The notes under the pieces are model-generated. The model had not been told where the DNA came from. It was given only the letters and a program-made list of their open reading frames with translations, and did no database searches. Below are positions 40,501-50,820 of a DNA stretch of 64,000 bases, piece after piece; position 1 is the first letter of the stretch, and each line of letters begins with the position of its first letter. Origin of the DNA: an uncultured Acidobacteriota bacterium (GTDB lineage Bacteria > Acidobacteriota > UBA6911); the NCBI GenBank assembly GCA_963827655.1, contig CAWHCF010000022.1:348967-412966 (forward strand). The letters run 5' to 3'. The translations under genes were made by a program, and so were the position numbers.

Positions 40501-41595
40501 ATGTCCAACGACAGTATTTCGCGACGTAACTTCATGGCCGGACTTGCGGTCGCCGGAACGGCAGGCGCTGCGGCCGGCGCCACTCCGGACGCAGTGGTGG
40601 TCCCGAATTATCCTTTGGTCGACACAAAGCCGTCCAGCGCTCCCATCAAGATCATCTGCGCCGAACGCTTGACGAAGGACGAAGTGGAAAAGATTCGTTC
40701 GGCAGGCAAGAACGTGGATCTGGTAATGCTGGGGAACAGGTCTGAACTAAAAGATAAAGCTGCCGATGCTGAATGCATCCTCGGCGTCGTCGACCGTGAA
40801 ACGATGATGAACGCGAAAAACCTCAAGTGGGTGCAAACCTGGGCGGCCGGCGTGGAGTCCCTTCCTAAAGAGCTCATGGAGCATCCTTGCGCGTTGACCA
40901 ACATGCAACGCGTCTTCGCCCCGGTCATCGCGGAATCGGCTCTCGGTCTGCTTCTCAGCCTCACGCGCGGACTGGCGCAGAGCTCGATTCCTGCTTTCAA
41001 AGAACATAAATGGGCGACTCGAGAGAACGTTCCCCTGGAGGACCTCTACGGCAAGACGATGGGCATCGTCGGGCTGGGGGGAATCGGCACGGAAACCGCC
41101 CGCCGCGCCCACTATGGATTCAGCTTGAAGATCCTCGCGGTCGACCCGAAGCCCCTGCCCAGGCCGGAATTCGTGGCCGAGCTGCGCGAACCCGGATGGT
41201 TGATGGAAATGGTACCGCAGGTTGACGTGTTGATGAGCGCCGCCCCGCTCACCAAAGAAACCAGGCTGATGTTCAACGAGTCGATCTTTCGCAAGATGAA
41301 GCCGACATCGTATTTCATTAACGTGTCCCGGGGCGGCCTGGTTGATCAGGACGCGCTGGCCAAGGCGCTTCACGAGAAATGGATCCGCGGCGCCGGACTG
41401 GATGTAACGACGCCCGAACCCCTGCCGCCTGAGAATCCCTTGTGGAATTGTCCGAACCTTGTCATTACGCCGCACAACTCGGGGGGAGCTCCCATTCGCC
41501 AGGTACGGCTGATCGGGCTTGTGGCCGAGAACGTCCGTCGTTATTCCCATGGTCTGCCTCTGCTGAACGTAGTGGACAAGGTCAGAGGCTATTAA
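40501..41595 (+). CDS. D-isomer-specific 2-hydroxyacid dehydrogenase with Tat signal
   Basis: 'RRNFMAGLAVAGTAGAAAG' twin-arginine signal. 'GIVGLGGIGTETARR' NAD-binding motif, catalytic 'RGGLVD' and 'ITPHNSG'. Confidence 0.8.
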   Translation: MSNDSISRRNFMAGLAVAGTAGAAAGATPDAVVVPNYPLVDTKPSSAPIKIICAERLTKDEVEKIRSAGKNVDLVMLGNRSELKDKAADAECILGVVDRETMMNAKNLKWVQTWAAGVESLPKELMEHPCALTNMQRVFAPVIAESALGLLLSLTRGLAQSSIPAFKEHKWATRENVPLEDLYGKTMGIVGLGGIGTETARRAHYGFSLKILAVDPKPLPRPEFVAELREPGWLMEMVPQVDVLMSAAPLTKETRLMFNESIFRKMKPTSYFINVSRGGLVDQDALAKALHEKWIRGAGLDVTTPEPLPPENPLWNCPNLVITPHNSGGAPIRQVRLIGLVAENVRRYSHGLPLLNVVDKVRGY

Positions 41596-41616
41596 ACCGG
41601 GGACGTTGGATTGATT

Positions 41617-41698
41617 CCGGTGTTTCTTCGTGTCTTTGAGTCTTAGTGGTATTGGTCGGGCAGCCTAACCACGAAGACTCGAAGACACCAAGAAACTC
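41617..41698. repeat. repeat family A, full copy
   Basis: ccggtgtttcttcgtgtctttgagtcttagtggtatt-ggtcgggcagcc-taaccacgaagactcgaagacaccaagaaactc. Confidence 0.85.
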
Positions 41699-41725
41699 TA
41701 AGCATTGACGAACGTACCCGGTCTT

Positions 41726-42145
41726 TCAGCAGCTCGAGGCTCTCGCGATCATCATCTTCACTACCGATTTGAACGCCTCTTTGAAAGCATCGTCGCTCTC
41801 GAAATCCGGCCGGCGAAGGAAACCAGTTGTCATTATTCGGGGCGACGCGGGTCGTCCCGGATCCAGCGTAAGCTCGATCACTTTGCTTTTGGGTTTGATC
41901 ACGAGCTTTACCGTGATAAGCCACTGACATTCGGGATTGAAAGTACCGGCCTGGGCCTTGAGCTCTTGCTCCAGCGCCTTTACGTACTGGTCGAATTCTC
42001 CTTTTACCTCCGGCGGACTGACTCCCTCGGGCAGGTTTTCCTGGCTGAGCTCGATCTTCTCGCTGATACGAACCTTTTCTTGCGCGACTGCCGGAATCAG
42101 ACAGCTCCAAAAGACAAGCGCAAACGTCAGCTTCCCTTTCATCAT
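41726..42145 (-). CDS. hypothetical secreted protein
   Basis: Start chosen at 'MMKGKLTFALVFWSCLIPAVAQ' signal peptide. Confidence 0.4.
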   Translation of the reverse strand: MMKGKLTFALVFWSCLIPAVAQEKVRISEKIELSQENLPEGVSPPEVKGEFDQYVKALEQELKAQAGTFNPECQWLITVKLVIKPKSKVIELTLDPGRPASPRIMTTGFLRRPDFESDDAFKEAFKSVVKMMIARASSC

Positions 42146-42465
42146 CGCACCTCCTCCAGCGGCGTGGCCTTGGACCGACACCGGGACAAACCTTGGCACA
42201 AGCTCCGTATTTTTCGCGCGCGATTCTGTTGCTGGCTCTATTTTACGCCCATCTCCTTCTATTTCGTGTCAACTATAAGAATTTCTCTGTCCGGGAGGAA
42301 TTGACGCGCCCGATCCCGATTGACTTGTCCTGGGGTGCGCCCCTAACATTGACGGCTTGGCGCAGACGCGTCGCGTTTCGCAGGGTCTTCGAGTCCTCGT
42401 AATCTGTGATGCGTGACGCAAAAGACCGCCGGCCTTTCCGGCAAGCAAACAAGGGGAAGAATCCA

Positions 42466-43581
42466 ATGAAGGTCGAAGAGCTTGGAAATGTCCGAAGCAA
42501 TCGGAAAACCGACAGGCGGGATTTCTTGAAACTTCCGCTGGCGTTGGGCGCCTTCGGGATGTTGCCGGGCACAGGCTTCGGGAGTCCCCGAAAAATTATC
42601 GACGAATATGATCCGGCGAACATCAAGTTATCTCACCGCTTGCCCGCCAGGATCAGCGATGACGACCTGCTCTTCCTGAAGCAGATCGGGATGCGCTGGG
42701 CACGGGTCGAGTTCGGAAACGAAGCGACTTTCGACCAGATCCGAAACACCCAGGAACACTACGCTCGATTCGGCCTCAAGATTTTCTCCGGCGTGCACTA
42801 TGCTTACCGGTCGTTGAAGCTCCAATTGGGTCAGCCTGGACGGGACCAGGATATCGAGATCTTTCAAACTTTCCTGCGCGATCTGGGCCGGCTGGGCATT
42901 CCGGTGGCCAACATTGACTTTCATCCGGCGAACACGTACACGACCGCCCAGGTGGAGAGTCCCCGCGGTTACACCGCGCGCGAATTCAAGCTCTCCGATT
43001 TCCGTTCCAAAGTAGAGAAGCAGCATTTCGAACGCGAGTATTCAGCCGAGGAGATCTGGAACAACTACACGTACTTCATCAAAGCCGTGTTGCCCGTCGC
43101 CGAAAAGGCCGACGTCAAACTGGCCCTCCATCCCGACGATCCTCCCCTGGCCAAGATGAACGGCGTGGCAAAGATTTTCACCCATTACGAGGGTTACCGC
43201 CGCGCCGAGCAAATTTCCGGCAACAGCCGCCACTGGGGCCTCACCTTCTGCATCGGCACCTGGTCCGAGGGCGGCAACCAGATGGGAAAGGATGTCTTTG
43301 AGATGATCCGGGATTTCGGCGGGCGCGGCAAGATCGTCGACGTGCATTTCCGGAACGTGAGTTCCCCGCTGCCTCACTTTGTCGAGACCTTCCCCGACGA
43401 TGGCTACATGGACATGTATCAGGTCATGAAGGCGCTGCGTCAGGTCCGTTTCAGCGGCACGGTCGTGCCTGATCACGTTCCGCAGGTGGTGGGCGACCAG
43501 GGTATTCGCCGCGCCGGCACTGCCTACTGCATAGCGTACATGCGCGCGCTGCTGCGCCGGGCCAACGAAGAGGTTGGGTGA
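42466..43581 (+). CDS. UxuA-family (mannonate dehydratase-like) TIM-barrel enzyme with Tat signal
   Basis: 'RRDFLKLPLALGAFG' signal. The C-terminal 'VHFRNV...PDHVP' pattern is shared with mannonate dehydratase. Confidence 0.65.
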   Translation: MKVEELGNVRSNRKTDRRDFLKLPLALGAFGMLPGTGFGSPRKIIDEYDPANIKLSHRLPARISDDDLLFLKQIGMRWARVEFGNEATFDQIRNTQEHYARFGLKIFSGVHYAYRSLKLQLGQPGRDQDIEIFQTFLRDLGRLGIPVANIDFHPANTYTTAQVESPRGYTAREFKLSDFRSKVEKQHFEREYSAEEIWNNYTYFIKAVLPVAEKADVKLALHPDDPPLAKMNGVAKIFTHYEGYRRAEQISGNSRHWGLTFCIGTWSEGGNQMGKDVFEMIRDFGGRGKIVDVHFRNVSSPLPHFVETFPDDGYMDMYQVMKALRQVRFSGTVVPDHVPQVVGDQGIRRAGTAYCIAYMRALLRRANEEVG

Positions 43582-43589
43582 TCCAGAAT

Positions 43590-43745
43590 CAGCTTACAGC
43601 CATCAGCGATCAGCGCATCAGCTAATCAGCGTTCAGCCGTCAGCTGAGGAGTTGCCTGGCGCACCATCGAAATCAACGCATGCTGGAGACCTGATTCAGA
43701 AGCTGAATGCTGATAGCTGAAGCTGATTGCTGAAAGCTTCCGTCG
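43590..43745. repeat. inverted ATCAGC / GCTGAT unit arrays downstream of the UxuA-like gene
   Basis: cagcttacagccatcagcgatcagcgcatcagctaatcagcgttcagccgtcagctga ... cagaagctgaatgctgatagctgaagctgattgctgaaagc. Confidence 0.55.
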
Positions 43746-43823
43746 AGATTTCAGGTATCCTTCGCTGTACTTGGTCTGTTATGTTTTCTTGACACGCGAA
43801 ACATATACGAGGGAGCACGGATT

Positions 43824-44396
43824 TTGAGCACGATTCAAACACGCCGCTGGACCCGTCTTGAATACCAAAAAATGGGTGACGCCGGCGTTTTTCTACCCGG
43901 CGAACGAGTCGAGTTGATCGACGGAGAAATCCTCGAAGTGGCTCCGCAGAAAAGCCGCCACGCAACCGCCGTAACCCTCGTCGGTGATGCCTTGCGCGTC
44001 GCTTTTGGCAGCGGCTTCCATGTGCGGATCCAGCTGCCCCTGGCTCTTGATCCATATTCTGAGCCCGAGCCTGACGTCGCCGTGATCGCGGGATCGCCGC
44101 GGGATTATCGAGAATCACATCCAACCTCGGCCGTGCTGGTCGTCGAAGTCGCGGATGCCAGCCTGGAACATGACCGGAAGCGCAAGGGGAGCCTGTACGC
44201 GCGATCCGGGTTGAGCGACTACTGGGTTTTGAATCTTCTCGATCGTTGCCTCGAGGTCTATCGCGATCCGATTCACGACCCCGCGGCCCCTCATGGCTGG
44301 AGCTATCGCACGGTCCAGCGATTTGGCGCAGCGGATCTGGTCTCCCCTATCGCCTTGCCCCACGCCCGCGTCCGCGTTGAAGATCTTCTTCCGTAA
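43824..44396 (+). CDS. Uma2 family endonuclease (DUF820)
   Basis: 'WTRLEYQKMGDAG...RVELIDGEI' and the PD-(D/E)xK-like 'PDVAV...VVEVADASL' segment. Confidence 0.8.
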   Translation: MSTIQTRRWTRLEYQKMGDAGVFLPGERVELIDGEILEVAPQKSRHATAVTLVGDALRVAFGSGFHVRIQLPLALDPYSEPEPDVAVIAGSPRDYRESHPTSAVLVVEVADASLEHDRKRKGSLYARSGLSDYWVLNLLDRCLEVYRDPIHDPAAPHGWSYRTVQRFGAADLVSPIALPHARVRVEDLLP

Positions 44397-44400
44397 ACAA

Positions 44401-44443
44401 AACCAACCACGAAGACTTCGAAGACACGAAGAACCTCTAAGAC
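44401..44443. repeat. repeat family A, half copy (right-arm type)
   Basis: aaccaaccacgaagacttcgaagacacgaagaacctctaagac. Confidence 0.75.
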
Positions 44444-44486
44444 ATCCGGCTTCACTTTTGCCTCCCGGAAGGCTAGTATTCTCCAC

Positions 44487-47400
44487 ATGAAGCAACTCGT
44501 GGCGGTTCTAAAGATTACCACCCTGCTGATGTTGGCGGCGTGCCTGCTTAAGCTTTCCACGGTCCACCCCGCAATGGCCGTGAACCCGCAGGCCGGCGCT
44601 GCTCTCCGTAGAGTTGATTTCAACCGGGACATCCGCCCGATCCTTTCCGACAAATGCTGGCTCTGTCACGGCCCCGATGCGCCGAACAAGAAGCTCAAAC
44701 TGAGGCTCGATTCCGAAGCGGCGGCGCTGGCCGAGCTCAGCCTCGGGCGCCGCGCGATCGTCCCCGGCCATCCGGAACAGAGCGAGCTCGTGCGCCGCAT
44801 TACCGCCGAGAATGAACTGATGCGCATGCCGCCGGCGTACTCGGATCGCACGCTGAACCAGCAGGAAATTGAACTGCTGACCGAATGGATCCGGCAGGGC
44901 GCAGTGTGGCAGAAGCACTGGTCGTTCATTCCGCCCTCACGACCCGCGCTGCCCGCCGTCACCCATAAGGCGTGGCCGCGCAATCCGATCGATTACTTCG
45001 TCCTGGCGCGGCTGGAAAAGGAAGGTCTTCAGCCGGCGCCGGAAGCCGATCGCGCCACGCTGATCCGCCGGGTCTCGCTCGATTTGACCGGACTGCCGCC
45101 GACACCCGCCGAAGTTGACGCGTTTCTCAATGACACGTCACCTAACGCCTACGAAAAAGTGGTGGACCGTCTGCTCGGCAGCCCGCGCTATGGCGAGCGC
45201 ATGGCATTCAGGTGGCTCGATGCCGCGCGTTACGCCGATACTAACGGCTACCAGCTTGACGGCGACCGCAGTATGTGGCGGTGGCGCGACTGGGTGATCG
45301 AAGCCTTCAATCGCAATCTGCCGTTCGACCGGTTCGTCATCGAGCAACTGGCTGGCGACTTGCTGCCCAACCCGAGCCTTGATCAGAAAATTGCCACGGC
45401 CTTCAATCGCAACCATCGCAATAATTCTGAGGACGGGATCGTGCCTGAGGAGTATGCCGTCGAGTACGTGGTCGATCGCGTGGACACCACATCAACGGTC
45501 TTCATGGGTCTGACCATCGGCTGCGCGCGGTGTCACAATCACAAGTTCGACCCGATCACGCAGAAGGAGTATTACCAGCTTTACGCTTACTTCAACAACC
45601 TTCCCGAAGACGGTCGCGTGAGCAACTTCGGCAATGCTCCGCCCTGGATTTTTGCCCCTGATCGCGAACAGCAGCGACAGCTCAAGCAGCTCGAAGCCGC
45701 GATGGCGCGCACCGGGAAGCAGCTTGCGGCGCTGGTTACCGGTTCAATCGCGGCGCAGCGGCGCTGGGAAAAATCGCTTTCCGCGACGCCGAATCTGCAA
45801 TGGTTTCCGCCTGACCACCTGCTGGTCCGTCACGCGCTGGATGAAAGGGCCGAACTGGAAGTAAAGGAGTCCGCCGAAAAGAGCGAAGCCAAGGCTTCCG
45901 ACGAGGATGACGCTCGCATCGACTCAGTTCCGCCCGAAGGAAATCCGAGCGCCAACCCTAAGGGAGTCGAGACCGGTTTCAAAAATGGAACTCCGAAGTT
46001 TGTTCCGGCGCCGACCGGACAGGGAGTGGAATTCGACGGCAACATTTTCTTCGACGCGGGCAAGGCGGCAAACTTCGACTACCGCGACCGGGTCCACGAT
46101 TTCAAACACAGGTTCGCTATCTCAGCCTGGATCTACCCTGAGTCGGAAAACAGCGGCGCGATTGTCACGCGGATGCGCGATAACGCCGAAGCAAAAGAGA
46201 ATGGTCTGCCCAAGCTCAAAGGCTACGGCCTCTTCTTCGTCAATGGCAAAATCCATTTCAATCTGGTGGGCGTGTGGGCTGATGATTCGTTCCGTGTCGA
46301 AACTGCAAACCGGCTGCCGCCCGGACAATGGCATCACTTTCTGGCGACGTTCGACAGTCAGGAGCCGCTCGAAAAAGTGCGGATTTTCATCAATGGCAAG
46401 CAGGAGAAGCTCCAGATCAACCAGGGCCGACTGTTCCGGCAGTTCGCCGATTCCGGCGCCAATCTGCGGATCGGCGGCGGCGGCGGCGCGGACATGCGCT
46501 TCAAGGGTGCGATTGATGAAGTGCGGATTTACACGATTTTACCGGATGCCGAACAGATAGCGATTCTCGCCTGCGCCGATTCGCTCGACCGCATTGCCGG
46601 GATACCTCCCGGGCAGCGCAGCGAAGGGCAGCGGCTGAAAATTCTCAACGCCTTTCTCGAAAACGGGGCGCCCGCACCCATGAAGCGGCTGTGGCAGGAG
46701 CTGCGTCAGTTGAAAGACCAGAGGGCAAAACTCGAACTCACGTTGCCGACCGTAATGGTCATGCAGGAACTGACCGAACCACGCCCCGCCCATCTGTTGA
46801 AACGCGGCGCCTATGATGCTGCGGGGGAAAAAGTCGAGCGTGGAGTCCCGGCGGCACTGCCGTCCATGCCGCCGAAGTTTCCCAACAATCGCCTTGGCTT
46901 CGCACAATGGCTGGTCAGCCGCGACCATCCACTCACCAGCCGCGTGACGGTCAATCGCTTCTGGCAGATGCTGTTCGGCACAGGACTGGTCAAGACGGTC
47001 GAGGACTTCGGCGCTCAGGGAGAACTGCCATCGCATCCCGAGCTGCTCGACTGGCTGGCGGTTGAGTTCATGAATCCGGCGCTGGGAGCCGAAAACGGGA
47101 GCAACGGAGAAAACCATTCACAGGCGAAGGGCTGGAATATCAAGGCGCTGTTGAAGACCATCGTGATGAGCGCGACCTATCGCCAGTCATCCAGAGTCGC
47201 GCCGCAGCTTCAGCAGCTTGATCCTGAAAATCGACTGCTGGCGCGAGGGCCACGCCTCCGGCTTCCGGCGGAAATGATCCGCGACCAGGCGCTGTTTGTT
47301 TCGGGGCTGCTGGTGGAGAATCTCGGCGGGATGTCGGTGCGGCCCTACCAGCCCGAAGGCTTGTACAAGGACATGGCCTTCTCGAACATGACCGGCTATA

Positions 47401-47882
47401 ACCAGGAGCGGGGCGAAGGCCTGTGGCGGCGCAGTCTGTACACCTTCTGGAAGCGCACCATCATGCCGCCGGCGATGCAGGTGTTTGACGCAACGGCGCG
47501 CGAGTCCTGCACGGTGCGCGAACCGCGCACCAACACTCCGCTGCAGGCGCTCAATCTGATGAACGATGTCACCTATGTCGAAGCCGCGCGCCTGCTGGGC
47601 GAACGGATGATCAAAGAAGGAGGGGCCACGCCCGAGAGCCGCATCGCCTGGGCCTTTCGTCTGGCGACGGCGCGCTGGCCCGATGACAGCGAACGCCGGG
47701 TCCTGCTGGGCAATCTGAACGCTCAGCTGGATTATTTCCAGCGCCATCCCCAGGAAGCGGCCGGGCTGCTCTCGGTCGGCGCAAAGCGAAATGACGGGAA
47801 ACTGAGTGCCGCGGAAGTGGCCGCGTACTCGATAACGGCAAGTTTGCTGCTCAACGTCGACGAAGTCATTACCAAACAGTGA
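44487..47882 (+). CDS. PSCyt2/DUF1549 + DUF1553 domain protein (planctomycete-type), signal peptide
   Basis: 1131 aa. 'CWLCHGPDAPNKK' PSCyt haem-like motif near the N-terminus. A large DUF1553-type C-terminal region, immediately followed by a DUF1501 gene. Confidence 0.85.
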   Translation: MKQLVAVLKITTLLMLAACLLKLSTVHPAMAVNPQAGAALRRVDFNRDIRPILSDKCWLCHGPDAPNKKLKLRLDSEAAALAELSLGRRAIVPGHPEQSELVRRITAENELMRMPPAYSDRTLNQQEIELLTEWIRQGAVWQKHWSFIPPSRPALPAVTHKAWPRNPIDYFVLARLEKEGLQPAPEADRATLIRRVSLDLTGLPPTPAEVDAFLNDTSPNAYEKVVDRLLGSPRYGERMAFRWLDAARYADTNGYQLDGDRSMWRWRDWVIEAFNRNLPFDRFVIEQLAGDLLPNPSLDQKIATAFNRNHRNNSEDGIVPEEYAVEYVVDRVDTTSTVFMGLTIGCARCHNHKFDPITQKEYYQLYAYFNNLPEDGRVSNFGNAPPWIFAPDREQQRQLKQLEAAMARTGKQLAALVTGSIAAQRRWEKSLSATPNLQWFPPDHLLVRHALDERAELEVKESAEKSEAKASDEDDARIDSVPPEGNPSANPKGVETGFKNGTPKFVPAPTGQGVEFDGNIFFDAGKAANFDYRDRVHDFKHRFAISAWIYPESENSGAIVTRMRDNAEAKENGLPKLKGYGLFFVNGKIHFNLVGVWADDSFRVETANRLPPGQWHHFLATFDSQEPLEKVRIFINGKQEKLQINQGRLFRQFADSGANLRIGGGGGADMRFKGAIDEVRIYTILPDAEQIAILACADSLDRIAGIPPGQRSEGQRLKILNAFLENGAPAPMKRLWQELRQLKDQRAKLELTLPTVMVMQELTEPRPAHLLKRGAYDAAGEKVERGVPAALPSMPPKFPNNRLGFAQWLVSRDHPLTSRVTVNRFWQMLFGTGLVKTVEDFGAQGELPSHPELLDWLAVEFMNPALGAENGSNGENHSQAKGWNIKALLKTIVMSATYRQSSRVAPQLQQLDPENRLLARGPRLRLPAEMIRDQALFVSGLLVENLGGMSVRPYQPEGLYKDMAFSNMTGYNQERGEGLWRRSLYTFWKRTIMPPAMQVFDATARESCTVREPRTNTPLQALNLMNDVTYVEAARLLGERMIKEGGATPESRIAWAFRLATARWPDDSERRVLLGNLNAQLDYFQRHPQEAAGLLSVGAKRNDGKLSAAEVAAYSITASLLLNVDEVITKQ

Positions 47883-49436
47883 TTGGGTTAGAATCAGGAT
47901 CAGTTATGGCTGAAACGATCAAACTCGGAATGAGGCGAGCTGAAGCCGAGAGCGTGCGCGAATCAATCCACCAGCTGAGACTCGAGCAACATTTGATGAT
48001 GACGCGCCGGCAATTCTTCGGTCGGTGCAGCCTGGGAATCGGTACGGCGGCGCTGGCGACACTGCTCACCGAGAACGGTCACGCCGCGATGCTGCCGCAA
48101 GGCGGCGAAGCAAGACCCGGCCTGCCCGGGTTGCCGCATTTTGCGCCCAAGGCGAAGCGGGTCATTTACCTGTTTCAATCGGGCGGCGCCCTCGCAACTG
48201 GAACTCTTCGATCATAAGCCGCAGCTTGAAAAATATCGCGGCCAGAATCTGCCGGAATCCATCCGGATGGGACAGCGGCTGACGGGGATGACGGCGTATC
48301 AGGCAAACTGGCCTACGGCGCCTTCGATTTACAAGTTCGCGCAGCACGGAAGCTCAGGGGTGTGGTTGAGCGAACTGCTGCCTCACACGGCGCGCGTGGT
48401 TGACGAGTTGTCCTTCATCAGGTCGATGCACACGGAGCAGATCAATCACGATCCGGCGATCACCTTTTCACTCACCGGATTCCAGCTGGCCGGCAAACCA
48501 AGTATGGGCTCGTGGATCGCTTACGGGCTGGGCAGCGAAAATAAAGACCTGCCCGCCTTCGTGGTCATGGTTTCAGTCGGCACGGGCAACAAGGGCGACC
48601 AGCCTTTATATGATCGGCTGTGGGGCAGCGGCTTTCTGCCCTCGCGCCATCAAGGAGTCAAGTTTTATCCTGGCGCCGACCCCGTGCTCTATCTGTCAAA
48701 CCCTTCCGGCGTCGATGACGAGGTGCGCCGCCGCTTCCTGGACGATCTGGCCCGGCTGAATCAGAAGAATGCCCAGGAATTCGGCGATCCTGAAATCCTC
48801 GCGCGGGTGGCCCAGTACGAAATGGCCTATCGCATGCAATCTTCCGTGCCGGAACTGACCGACCTTTCCCAGGAGCCGGAACAGACTTTTGAGCACTACG
48901 GCCCGGACGCGCGCAAGCCGGGAACTTACGCGCGACACTGCATTCTGGCTCGCCGTCTGGCGGAACGCGGCGTGCGCTTCATTCAGCTCTTCCATCGCGG
49001 CTGGGATCATCATAACGACTGCCCCAAGCAGATCAAGGCTCAGTGCCAGGATACGGACCAGGCGACCGCGGCGCTGATCACCGACTTGAAGCAGCGCGGG
49101 CTGCTCGATGACACCCTGGTGATCTGGGGAGGAGAGTTCGGACGTACGGTCTACAGCCAGGGCAAACTGACGGCGGAGAATTACGGGCGCGATCATCATC
49201 CGCGATGCTACACGGTGTGGTTGGCCGGAGGGGGTATCAAGCCCGGCGTGAGCCTGGGTGAAACCGATGATTACAGTTACAACATCGTGCGCGATCCGGT
49301 GAGTGTTTACGATCTGAACGCGACCATCCTTCATTGCCTGGGAATAGATCACACCCGGCTGACTTACAAGTTTCAGGGACGAAATTTCCGCCTGACCGAT
49401 GTTCACGGCCAGGTGATGAAGCAGATCCTCGCCTGA
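47879..49436 (+). CDS. DUF1501 family protein (sulfatase-like fold) with Tat signal, reading frame broken by an apparent 1-nt insertion near 48188
   Basis: 'MMTRRQFFGRCSLGIGTAALATLL' signal. 'HFAPKAKRVIYLFQSGG' shifts frame into 'PSQLELFDHKPQLEKYRG'. Removing g from 'ggcggcgccctcg' restores 'QSGGPSQLELFDH'. Confidence 0.8.
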
Positions 49437-49447
49437 AGAAGTGCAGA

Positions 49448-49483
49448 AATACCGCTAAGACGCGAAGACACAAAAAAACACGG
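49448..49483. repeat. repeat family A, half copy (reverse-complement of the left arm)
   Basis: aataccgctaagacgcgaagacacaaaaaaacacgg. Confidence 0.7.
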
Positions 49484-49488
49484 AACTC

Positions 49489-50814
49489 TCAGAGCCAGCC
49501 GCCCTGGAAGCCGGCGCGGCGCAGCCCCGCAGCAATGTAAGGCGAGCGGCGGGTGATGTTCCAGATCAGCCCGGTGCGGTAATTCTCGATCATGAGCGCC
49601 ACGGGCCCCTGGTCGACGCCGAAGTGATAGGGCGTCACCCACCAGCCGGTCTGGCTGTCCGGCACCAGGTACGTCTGATTGAAGGACGGCTTGAAGCCGT
49701 AGCGCTTCGTCATGCCGAGGTCGAGCCGGGCCATGGCGCGTATCGTGGGGATCACGATCTCCGGGGCGAACGGCAGCGAGGCCACCACGACCCACGGCGC
49801 CAGCGTGCCGTCGTCGGGGCCAAAGGGCGCCCCGCGCGCGTAGTAGTCGTAGAACTGTCGCTCGACGCCGTTGACCAGCCGCTTCTCCCAGCCGGGTCCG
49901 TCGGTTGCCGTGATCCCCCAGCAGAACTCGCCGTAGCCGGCGAATTCGAGCGGGTTGTGCCGCGCGTACTCCTGGTGAACGTACGTCGCCTGGCGGCTGT
50001 TCTTGAAGTAGTCGCTGTCGTGCTCCCGCATGAACGCGTCGCGGACGTCGCGCAGGTCGACCCAGAGATGCGAGAGCTGGTGCGTGAAGAGCGGCCCGGA
50101 GTAGAGCAGTTCGCGGCCGTAGATCTGCTTCCAGCTGTAGGTAGAGCAGTAAGCCGCGTAGCTCTCCGGCGGCAGGGGAAAGGTCGGTGAGCCCAGAGCG
50201 AGCAGGTAAACGAGCAGCGCCTCGTCGTAGCCGGTCCAGTAGTGGGGAATGAAGCCGTTCTCCGGCCTCCACCCGTGGGAGATCGCGGGGCCGCCGTTCG
50301 TCGCCCACTGCCAGTCGGCGCGGCAATAGAGCTCGTCGGCCAGCCGGCGCAACTCGGCCTCCTCCTCGGTATCGCCATCGAAGTAGGCGGCGCAGGTGAG
50401 CATTCCGGCAAACAGGAAGGCCGAATCGATGGTCGAGAGCTCGCACTCCCAGACGCGCCGCCCGGTCTTCATGTCGAGGAAGTGATAGTAGAAGCCCCGG
50501 TATCCGGTCGCATCCGGCTGCGGGCCGTGCGGGCTGTCGCGGAAGAAGCGCAGCCGCTTCAGCACCAACTCCGGGGCGAACTCGCGGGAAATCACGCCGC
50601 GTTCGATCAGCACGGGAATCGTGGTCAGCGCCAGGCCGATCGCGGCGATGCTCGACGGCGCCCTGGGGTCGGTCTTGTCGCGGATCAGGCCGTTGGCCGG
50701 GTTGCTCTCGTGGAGGTAGTACTGGAGCGTCGTCAGCTGCAGCCGCCCCAACTCCTCATCACTCGGCAGGCGGTTCAGGTCTTCTCCGGTTGTTTGGCCG
50801 TCGGCTGTTTCCAT
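49489..50814 (-). CDS. glucoamylase-like (alpha/alpha)6-barrel glycoside hydrolase (DUF3131/GH144-like)
   Basis: 441 aa. Resembles the glucoamylase-like proteins commonly encoded beside GH94 phosphorylases. Family assignment is from memory of motif style only. Confidence 0.5.
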   Translation of the reverse strand: METADGQTTGEDLNRLPSDEELGRLQLTTLQYYLHESNPANGLIRDKTDPRAPSSIAAIGLALTTIPVLIERGVISREFAPELVLKRLRFFRDSPHGPQPDATGYRGFYYHFLDMKTGRRVWECELSTIDSAFLFAGMLTCAAYFDGDTEEEAELRRLADELYCRADWQWATNGGPAISHGWRPENGFIPHYWTGYDEALLVYLLALGSPTFPLPPESYAAYCSTYSWKQIYGRELLYSGPLFTHQLSHLWVDLRDVRDAFMREHDSDYFKNSRQATYVHQEYARHNPLEFAGYGEFCWGITATDGPGWEKRLVNGVERQFYDYYARGAPFGPDDGTLAPWVVVASLPFAPEIVIPTIRAMARLDLGMTKRYGFKPSFNQTYLVPDSQTGWWVTPYHFGVDQGPVALMIENYRTGLIWNITRRSPYIAAGLRRAGFQGGWL

Positions 50815-50820
50815 GATTCT

